A stretch of 64,000 nt of DNA from Rhynchopus sp. YZ270_cl-10 (lineage: Eukaryota). The stretch covers positions 744,001-808,000 of the forward strand of contig OZ037846.1 in the NCBI GenBank assembly GCA_964035575.1, in the 5' to 3' direction. Positions 34,932-45,149 of the stretch are shown here, piece after piece (within the stretch, counting starts at the first letter, position 1; each line of letters begins with the position of its first letter). The position numbers and the translations under genes are program-made. The notes under the pieces are model-generated. The model was not told the origin of the DNA, ran no database searches, and was given only the letters and a program-made list of their open reading frames with translations.

Positions 34932-35842
34932 ATCAGCCAAAATCTGCTTAGCCGTATACTTCGGGGCCTCGTTCACTTAATAAACCACAGATGCAAATTT
35001 TTGAGCCTACCGCATTTAACTCATTTCGATCCCCTGATTTCAATCCCAAAAAAATTTCAAAAAAATAAAAAAAAATTATTTTCTGAAATGACGTCGGCAG
35101 TTTTTTCACTTTTGCTCTCCGCCGCCTCAGGTGAGAAGTTATTTTCCAAACACCCCGAAAATGAGCGTATATGGATTTCCGAGCTCCCCGCGTTTCATAG
35201 AAAAAAAAAATCGACCATTTTAGTGGAGTAGAAGTCAAAAAAAAGTGGCTCCAATGCTTTGTGCATGTAATACAGGGGATTTTCAGTGCAGAAAGAGTGG
35301 TCGGCTCCACCAAAAGTTGCGTACCGTGGAGTGTGTTTCCAGTTGACAAAAATGGTCGCAATTGAAAGATTTGTCAAAAATAAATCCAAAGAAAAAAAAA
35401 TCGACAACTTTTGACAAAAAAAAATCAAATTTAGAGACATCGCTGTGTTGGACCCAAAGAGGAGATTTCCTCACCGTACAAAGTACACTGTATAGTACCC
35501 AGTACATAGTACCCATTCTCCCGCCGCCCACTCGCTCGCCCCAGATGCATATTTTTGACCGTCCGACCCCGGAATTGAACGTTTTCGCACCCTATCTTTC
35601 CAAGAATATTTTTTTTCAGAATGTGCCCGGGCCATAAAATCGATAAAATCCACCTGTCCATGGTCAAGTACATTTGAGAGGCCGGGGGTGTAATATTTTC
35701 ACCCGAAAAGGCGCGTATATGAATTTCCGGATCGATCTGAAAAAATTCCGGGGTCGCAACATTTTTTTGGCGGATTTTTTATCACTTTAAAGTGGCTCCA
35801 AAAACAGGCCATTATATACGGCTAAGCAGATTTTGGCTGATA
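34932..35842. mobile_element. Non-autonomous TIR element in TATA context
   Basis: TIR ATCAGCCAAAATCTGCTTAGCCGTATA is perfect at both ends. Confidence 0.85.
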
Positions 35843-37432
35843 TATAATTTGAAAACAGACTGCTCTCTCTGCTACCCTATGCTGTTGGAAATATCTCCAC
35901 TTTCATATTATTTTTTGTTGAGCAACTTAGTGAAGTAGTCTTTCGTTGATGAGACCATTTTTTTATGTTGTGCCTTTTTGTTCTTTTGATTCGCGCATAA
36001 TAATTCTCTAAAATGACAAAAAAAACCAAAAGTATAGGTTTCTTCTTGCATACCCAAAAAAAAAAAAAAATCATTTTCTTACTTACTACTTTAACAAACA
36101 GTAAGCATGCAAGGGTGTTTGAAAAAGTTTGTTTCAACTTTGTTTTATTTTTGTTCTTGTTTTTGCTACTCTGTTTGTTTTGTATTGCATTTCATTGTAG
36201 TACTTTGTAAGTTGAGAGGTGGGTGCGCTTCTTTGTTGAGATAGCGACTAATTCCTGTTGAAGCCTCACTACAAGAAAAGAAAAAGACACAGTAAGCATT
36301 CAAGGGTGTAACCGGGGGGAAAAAAGAAGAAAAAAAAACTTGTATCTCTTGTAACTCACCTACTACATGACACACATGATTTCCATAGTTTACAATCTGA
36401 AAACTAATGAAGGGCTCCGCACGCTGTCTCTCTCTCTCGCTTTGCTCCAAATAATCGGAAGGGGAAGGGGGAGTTTCTATCTAAATGGTGCCATGATGAA
36501 AATAATATTTGAATTTTTTTTTTCCCCCCTGCTGCCATCAACAGTCATCCTCCCGCAGTAGAAGAGAAAAAAAAAATGTGATATTATTTCTGAAACCTGT
36601 TTTTTTGTGTTGTGAATAAACTTCCACTTCTTTTTTGAAAATTTGCTTTGTATTAGTGTAGACACCCTTGAGGGTGCTTCACTTTTACTTTTTTTCTAAT
36701 TTGCTGATCTGTGGGGATGAGGGGGGGTTTAGTTGGATCATGGATATTGATATATGGATCATTGGTTTATCCCTTCTTAACCATCTATCACTCTCGTATA
36801 TAAAAAAAAGGGGTTTTTTAAAAAAATAAGTAGAAATAAATTTCCTTTTTATTTAAAACAAAGCGGGTGCTGAACCACTGGGGGGTTTGAAAAAGTTTGT
36901 TTCAACTTTGTTGTTTTTGTTTTTGTTTTTGCTACTCTGTTTGTTTTGTATTGCATGAACCACTGGGGGGGTCTAGTATTCTCCCTCCCATCCACCTTTT
37001 AAGAAGGGTGGGTTTAAAACCGTTTTTTTTTACGGTTGGTGTGTCGGGGAAGGGTTTGAATGGGCTCTTTTTTTTTTCCTGTGATGAATCTCTTTGTGGG
37101 TGGGTTGCCTGGGAATGGCTGTAGCATCCCTCATTTTGCCACTCAGATAATATTTCCCGCAGCTATTTTGTTTTGTTTTTTTTTGATTTTCTCAGGAACT
37201 TCATTCACATCATAGAAAAAGAAAAAAGAGAGAGAAAACAAAAACAAAAGCAAAAAAAAAAAAAAAAAAAATGGTGGGTGGGATGCGCTCACACACAATG
37301 CAAAAAGAAAAAAAAAGGGGGCAAAAATGGGAGGAAAATGAAAAGAAAAGGGGGAAAAAAAAAATGAAAGTACCTCAATTTCCAATTAGAACTCCTCATT
37401 ATTAATTCTTTGTTTTTGCAGGAATTATTGCC

Positions 37433-38231
37433 CAGGGTTTTTTCTAGGGGGGGACGGGGGGGGACGGCGTCCCCCCCCAGATTTTGGGGGGAAACGCGTC
37501 CCCCCCCGGGGGGGGACGCATTTTGACTTGGGAAAAAAAGGATATGGGGGGTGGTTGGGGTCACCCGCACAGACCCCCCATTTGGGACACCACGACGTAA
37601 CCCGCACCAGAAAAAAGGGGGAGGCAGGGAGTCGAGCGCGCGCGAAGCGCGTCTTATCCTTCCTGGCATCATTGTGAAGAGGATATAGCGAGGTGAAGTT
37701 TCAGACCGTGCCCCAATTCACTCAATCTTTGCACCATTTGACGGACCGAACAAAGAGTGAGAATAAGGGATCGGCAAAAATCAAAAAAGTAGCGTACCGT
37801 GCGCCTGCGGCGCAACTCAAAACTTATGAGCGGAATCACACAGCCCTCTACCATAGTTTGGCTGTACAAATGTTCAATTTTAGGTCACATTTTTTTGAAA
37901 TGTTGCGTACCGTGGCTTCGCCAGAAAGTTCTGATATCACGACCGCCGTTTCTTGTACTAGGGAAGGTTCCGTGGAACATGAGAAAAAGGGTTGGTTCTT
38001 GATGTACGTTACCATCCCACGTTATCACGTATTTACGTGAAATGAACGGGCTTTTTTGCGCGGAGCGCGAAATATTTTGACCCCTTTTTGGACATATCTT
38101 CACGGTTTTAGAAAAATTTTCCATGAAGATAAGCGGAAACCCTGCTTGCACCTGCGAAAAAAAAATTTTTTTGGGCGGGTTTTTTGCGTCCCCCCCCAGA
38201 TCTGAAAAAAAAAATCCTAGAAAAAACCCTG
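37433..38231. mobile_element. CAGGG-ended MITE with 6-bp TSD
   Basis: TIR CAGGGTTTTTTCTAGG; ATTGCC on both sides. Confidence 0.92.
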
Positions 38232-39713
38232 ATTGCCCCAAAAAAAAAAAGAAAAGTTTATAAGATGATCCTAAGCCTCTCGTGCTTAGTCACCTTTAAA
38301 AAAAAAACACAGTAGACGATAAGAGCACTGTCATGGTTCGTACCGCCCCTGTTCTGCCCCAAAAAAAAAAAAAAACAAACAAAAAAAAAAAAAATGATAA
38401 GGGAATTGGTCCAACTGGAACGCCCATTTATGGATAGTTGGACACAGCAGACCGATACCCTTGGTTTTTTTTCTTCTTTTTTTTTTTTTTTTTTTGGAAA
38501 AAAAAAAAAAACAAAATGATACCATGACCTCTCCACACAGACTGCTTTATTTTGAAACATTTGGTTTGTATTAGTGTAGACACCTATGATGAGCTCCACT
38601 ATTTCCTTTTCTTGATAACCCATGGGAGTAAGTGCAGCTGCCATTGAAACAGTCTTTCCACTCTTTGGTGATATTTGATAAATCATCCTATTTTTTTTTT
38701 TTTTCCAAAAAAAAAAAAAAAAAAGAAGCATGGATACGTACAGACGGCACACCTCATCCATAAGAGCGTGGCAGAGAGAGTTTTATTGAACGTTAGGAAA
38801 AAAAACAACCCTCTGGTCTGACCCTCAATATTTCTGAAAAACATTTCCCCTCCTTTTCCCCCTCCCCTCCCTCTCTCTCTCCTACACACATAAATACCCC
38901 CTCGCTACGCTTCTTTGACAGCGTGAAGGGAATCACTCCTCACAAGAGAAGAGTGTTGCAGAGAGAAAGAGAAAGAATTTTCATCATATGCAATCAATAA
39001 ATTGATAGTATATGGTGAGAGAACAACAAAAAAAAATGTTCCCATCTTTCTTGTTATGGCAAAAAATGGTTTAGGTGCTCCCCCTCTGATAATGGACCAG
39101 GAACTAATGTCTTGCGTATGTCAATGGTTAATGATACACAAGAATCAAAAAAAAAGGGGGGGGTAAATAACGCGACAAAGAAGCACTCTGTGCGATGAAG
39201 CCTAAACCTTGCGGGGCTGTTAGCCTTAGGGGGGAGGAACAAAAAAAAATATAAAATAAAAATAAAAACGGTATTGAACAAGCGGGAGGGTGAATGGTTT
39301 TAAAAAAACCCCCCCTGAGGGAACCTCTTATCTTTTTTTTTGGAAATTTACAAAAAAAAAAAAAAAAGGGGGGGGGTTTACGCATCCTCTCTCTCAACCC
39401 TAGATATCAGGGGGGATGGGGTTGAAAGAGGGAGCGGAGGGGAGGAGGAGGAGGGGGGGCAAGGCAAAATATAAAAAAAAAAAACGAAAAGTAAAACAAC
39501 AAGAAAGGGATGGAATCACGTACGTGCCATTTCAGGTGTAATGCAAAAAAAAATAACGTTTGTTTTCTTTTTTTTGTTTTGTTTTTCTTTTTTTTTTGCT
39601 TTTGTTTTTTTTGGTTTATTTAGCGAAAAAAAGGGGGTGATTTTAGTCAAAAAAAAAAAAAAAAATGGTTTCATTATCTTGTTAAACCATTGGGGTCGGT
39701 TTGTCGCGCCACA

Positions 39714-40904
39714 CTACGCCTCGAGCATGATCATCGGTACATTAGCTGGGGCACTGTTTCGATTTTGTGTGTTTTTTGTTTACATGTCCTCATTGAAAAA
39801 ACATAAGGTTACCTGATAGGTAGGGGAAAGAGGCTTTTTTTTTGTAGTTTCGACAATCACCTGTCCGAGGACGGGTTCTGTACAACAAAGTCGCCCGAAG
39901 GTTTTTTTTTTCGTTGATTGCTCAATACACAAAAAAAAAGGGGGAATGAGGGGGGAGGGGCTCTTGGGACATACGGAGTAGCACCGTTCCTCAGCTGCTC
40001 GGCGAAGGTTTCAAGCGACAGGACGAACCCAAGATTTGGGTTGATAATGGACCTGCACAGCCTCACATGGGAGAAGGCTGCGTCCAAGTCAAATAACCCG
40101 CTGTACATCAAATACGCAATCACTAACGCAGCAGACCTGCTGATACCACGTCTGCAGTGCACCAAACACTGTGGGGAAGGGTGGCGTTTGAATGGGTTTT
40201 TTATATAAAGATAAACGAACATTGCCCAGATGGGGTAGTGACGTTGTTTGATTGCATTTATTGTTCATAGAGCTGAAGAAGAAAAAAAGAGGTCAGCTAG
40301 GATACAGAGTGTGTAGTATTTCTTGTTGCAAATGGACATACCTTTTTGCCCTCACTTCTTGCTTTCTCGATGAAGGCGAAGGCCCTTTGGAACTCACCGG
40401 TGATGCTCTCATCAGCGGTGTCGGTCCAATCGAGCTTGAGGTACCACACGCAGTCCTTGGTGTGGCCCTCCGGCGTCTCACAGCCAGACGAGTCTGACGA
40501 CGTGGAGTCACCGCTCTCGCACTCCTTGGCAGTGTTCAAGACATACGTGATGCCCTTCTCCTGCAGGGCACGTGTGTTCAGTGCATCCCCGTGGCTGCCT
40601 AGGAACAGCCACGGCGTGATCTCAGACAGCGGCTCGCATGCGCTTCCACCACAACGCTCTGAGTCCTCGACCCGCACCACGGGCTTGTTATTCTGTTAGA
40701 GGGGGCAAAAGAAAAGAAATTGGTTGAGTTCTAGACAGTGTCCAGGTGTGCCTTGAGGGTTTTGTTAGAAAAGATTTTGGTTAATTATAGACTACTATCA
40801 CTAGGTGGGGGAAGTGGGGTGCATACCTCGAAGAACCCTGTGCTCAAAGGTGCGAGTGGCGGTTTTTTCCGCAGGCGTCCATTACGTGTACGTGCTACGC
40901 TCAT
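39714..40904 (-). CDS. Dual-specificity protein phosphatase
   Basis: Exons 40904-40827, 40692-40342 and 40168-39975, with a probable last exon at 39753-39714 (3' end uncertain). Motifs: EITPWLFLGS, KGITYVLN, active site VHCRRGISRS, AYLM, INPNLGF. Confidence 0.85.
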
Positions 40905-41105
40905 TTATACGGTACAGGGGTTTTTTATTATTGGATTTTTTTGTTGTTTTTTTTTTTTTGTTTTTTTTTAAAATCAAATTGAATAAAAGAGGGGCAAAAA
41001 GGGGTAAAAAAAAATGGGGAAAGAAAAAAAAGGGGGACTGAACGGAACGGAAAAAACGGAAAAAAACGGAAAAAGAAAAACTGATTTAAAAAAAAATGAC
41101 TTTTT

Positions 41106-41139
<34 letters not shown>

Positions 41140-43263
41140 TTTTGTTTGTTTTGTTTTTGAGAGACTAAGGGGGAGTTGTTGTTGTTTTTGTTTGTTTTTT
41201 TGTTTTCGAGAGTCGTACCGGAGTAGGTTCTCTAATGGGCTGCGATGGACGCGGGCATGGTACAGGCAAGAGCCATTTTTCCTTAGAGGAAGAGGAGTAG
41301 GGGTCTGTAAAGGGATTTTTTATTTTTTTTTATTTTGAAAACTTATTAGTGTAGACACCCGAGGATGAACTCCACTATATTTTTTTTCTGTTGCTTTTTT
41401 TTTGCTAATCAGTTTAGTGTTAGCCTGCAGTCTTCGCTCACTGCAATAAATTGTGTTGGGATTGTCCACCTGAACAAAAATGCTCCACTTCTTCTTGACG
41501 ATAACTTCAGAACAATGATAGTACACACCTTAAAGGTCTACGGCAAACCGGCCAGAACCAATGTCAATGTGTTTGTGGTGTGTGCGTCGACGGACTCTCC
41601 TCACTTCTCTTAACCTAGCTTCTGACTTGTGTTGTGTTAGCTTGAACAAAACCCTGCGTGGGGGGTGAAGAGGGAAGAGGGGGAGGGGAGGGGGAGGGAG
41701 GAGGGTGCATGTGCAGGAGTGATGGAGAATGTAAACTAATTTCCTTTTTTTTTGAAAACTTGGTTGTATTAGTGTAGCCACCCGAGAGTGGGCTCCACTA
41801 TATTTTTTTTTACTATTTATCGTGGCAAAAAAGGAAGAAAGAAGTACGCGAGCAGGATATTAAAAGGGAGGGGGGTGAAATTGATAGTGTTACAACGCTT
41901 ATGGGACGCAGGCACTAAAAATAAACGAAATGGTGTAGCTTCACATAGCCTGTTGACCGGGCTCGGGCAAAATTGGGAGAAGGGAGAAGGAAAAAAAAAG
42001 AGGAAAATTCCTTTTTTCGCCCGGGCAAAATCAGCCCAGCCTGAAAAACAAAGCTATTACCCTATTGAAATGACCAGGGGGAGAAAAAGTAGATGGTGCT
42101 CCGGGAGGGGTCGATTGACAGGTCACTGACACAGGGACTTTATACACACCCTTCCTGATATTGACAGATCGCTGACAGGTCGTTGACCGACTTCCGAAAG
42201 CACCAGTAGAGTTGAAATACAAAGGCGTCTCGTGACAGTGTACCTAAAAAAATACGTTGGGTTGTTGTTTTCTTCGTTCCAAAATAGAGAAAAACAAAAT
42301 AGGAAGAACCACGCTATGTTGCACAACAACAAAACAAAAGCTAGAGGCAGTAGAGGCAGTGACCTATATGGCGCGGAAATTATCTGCCAAAAAAAAAATT
42401 AACCGGGAGTCGGGCGTCACGACTGCCGCGTAGGCTACAGTGGAGGGGGAAAAAAACTTGGTAATATGAAAGCAGAACAGAACGCCCCTCTCTGTGGTGG
42501 CAAATACGTGACTACCCCACGTGTCGTGTTTTAATACGTATGTGCCACCCCAGCCCCCCTCCCTCCTGATGGAGGTATACAGTAAGACAACAAACATCGG
42601 AGAGGTAACAAACCCTCCTTAGAGTTTTGAAATCCCAAAATCCACCATAGTTATTACCCCTCCAGTGTTTTTTACCCCACCTATGTTTTACCCCACCGGT
42701 GTTTCTTGTCTCACTGTATATAAGCAAACAAAACAAGAGGAAGTGTCAGTGACACGTATCGCCGGATCACTACTGGTGGTCAGCGTAGCGCCTACGTGGC
42801 AGGTTGTAGTGCACGATGGTGAAGTAAATGGGTTGAATTGTGGTTTTACTTTGTTCTTGCTTTCACCGTTGTCAGCCAAAGGTGAAAACTACACAGTATA
42901 CTACAAGTCAAGTCATTTACTTCATCGTCATGTAGTGGGAAGAAAGGGGGTTGGGAGGGTTGGGGGTTGGTGGGGGGGATGAAGGAAGAAAACTTTGTAA
43001 TAGGAATGTGCTTGTACGCACACATCTTTTACCACTGTCGTTGTCGTTGCTGGAAACACGCTGAAAAGTTGGTACAATGGTACCGAAGTCTCACGTACCT
43101 GTCACCTTTTTAAAAACAAAATTGTTTGGCTATAGACTATCATCAACGAGATAGCAGCCACGTTTTTTTTTCTCCATCAAATCTAAGTTCACCTCTTAAA
43201 AAAAGGAGAAAAATATTGAAAGATGGAAATATGTCTCAAATAAGGACACATTTGAAAAAGAAG

Positions 43264-43400
43264 GGAGGAGGGAGGAGGGAGGAGGGAGGAGGGAGGAGGG
43301 AGGAGGGAGGAGGGAGGAGGGAGGAGGGAGGAGGGAGGAGGGAGGAGGGAGGAGGGAGGAGGGAGAGGGAGAGGGAGAGGGAGAGGGAGAGGGAGGGAGA
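43264..43400. repeat. (GGAGGAG)n + (GGGAGA)n purine tract
   Basis: Direct inspection. Confidence 0.95.
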
Positions 43401-43765
43401 TCTGAGATAGATAGAGAGTACCTAAAAGACCCGCGAAGGGCGAACAGCAATGATGAAAACGGAGAGGAGGGAAGGGGGATACTTTTATCTCGAAATAGGC
43501 GCTACGATGAGGGGGGCGAATGTGGAAGCCGAAACAACCCAAAACAAATTCCAACAAAAAATCTGATGAAGATGGTGTGGTGATTTGGTGAGGGTAGAGA
43601 CTGAAACATAAACGGACCCCGGCCAACCAGGACAAAGCCTGAGGAAAATCAAATAAATATTCTGCCAAATAGCAGTGTGCGTGCCATGTCAAATCAAAAG
43701 GACGGTAGTCTCTATCAAAGATCTCCCAACACGCAGCGAAGCTGCTCCGCTAAAGCGTGTTTCAG

Positions 43766-43836
43766 AGGGAGAGGGAGAGGGAGAGGGAGAGGGAGAGGGA
43801 GAGGGAGAGGGAGAGGGAGAGGGAGAGGGAGAGGGA
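43766..43836. repeat. (GGGAGA)n
   Basis: Direct inspection. Confidence 0.95.
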
Positions 43837-44127
43837 GGAGATCTGGTGTACAAATAGTGATCCGTCGATGAGGTCCTGAAAGCGCAACAAAAACAATGTG
43901 AGGAGGGGTTTCGTTTATTGTGACGTACGAGGGAAGGAAAAACACACCGGGGAAACAAATTTGTGGAAAAATTCCTGATGAAGGTGGTGTGTTTTGACTT
44001 TCCCGTTCCAACCTTTGCAGAGCAAAGAGGTAATAAAAGCAAAAATGGACCAAAGCATCTTATACTATCATCTACAGTAACACCAGATCTCCCCATGTCG
44101 CAGCAAAGCTGCTTTAACAAGTTAACT

Positions 44128-44666
44128 GGGGAGAGGGAGAGGGAGAGGGAGAGGGAGAGGGAGAGGGAGAGGGAGAGGGAGAGGGAGAGGGAGAGGGAGA
44201 GGGAGAGGGAGAGGGAGAGGGAGAGGGAGAGGGAGAGGGAGAGGGAGAGGGAGAGGGAGAGGGAGAGGGAGAGGGAGAGGGAGAGGGAGAGGGAGAGGGA
44301 GAGGGAGAGGGAGAGGGAGAGGGAGAGGGAGAGGGAGAGGGAGAGGGAGAGGGAGAGGGAGAGGGAGAGGGAGAGGGAGAGGGAGAGGGAGAGGGAGAGG
44401 GAGAGGGAGAGGGAGAGGGAGAGGGAGAGGGAGAGGGAGAGGGAGAGGGAGAGGGAGAGGGAGAGGGAGAGGGAGAGGGAGAGGGAGAGGGAGAGGGAGA
44501 GGGAGAGGGAGAGGGAGAGGGAGAGGGAGAGGGAGAGGGAGAGGGAGAGGGAGAGGGAGAGGGAGAGGGAGAGGGAGAGGGAGAGGGAGAGGGAGAGGGA
44601 GAGGGAGAGGGAGAGGGAGAGGGAGAGGGAGAGGGAGAGGGAGAGGGAGAGGGAGAGGGAGAGGGA
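44128..44666. repeat. (GGGAGA)n, ~90 units
   Basis: Perfect hexamer array. Confidence 0.99.
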
Positions 44667-45149
44667 AGATGAATGTGCCTCTCGTGCACATACTTTAAAA
44701 AAAATAAAAACAAGAATTGCCCTCCCGGTATTTCGCAGCACCTTCGGTGCAGAAAAGGGTTATGCCACGAACATCAGATTGGAAGATGAATAAACCTTGC
44801 GTGTTTCGTCACCTTTAAAAATATAAAAATATAAAAAAAAAAAAAAAAAACGTTACGTTGCAGGACACTCCACAAAAGTATCATCAATGCACTACTTTTT
44901 TTTTCCAAACGCTCTCACTTTTCTTATCGTTTTCCCCCTTTTTTCCCCCTTTTTTTTAAATTCGAAATCTTAGCTCAGTGTAGACACAAACACCCTTACT
45001 TTTTTTTCACACGAAACGAGAACAATAACAAAAATACACAGTATATCTATCGCATTTCCTATTAAATGCAGTTCATCTTTTTTTTACCCCTTTTATTTTT
45101 TTTCGTATAAATCTCAACAAAAGGAAATATGAAATTCGGGTCATTCAAT

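Noticed and set aside
33540..39700. Short Phe/Lys-rich ORFs
   Set aside because: They arise from poly(T)/poly(A) runs, with no motifs or splice-consistent structure.
39861..39877. 17-nt microexon in the phosphatase gene
   Set aside because: AG/GT bounded, but the donor is GTGAT rather than the GTAT seen elsewhere and the gene closes without it. It cannot be resolved without RNA data.
41365..41660. Coding-like island upstream of the phosphatase
   Set aside because: No frame gives a recognisable protein or a convincing exon chain.
43689..44793. SL, ER, SP and LP dipeptide ORFs
   Set aside because: Translations of (GGGAGA)n.
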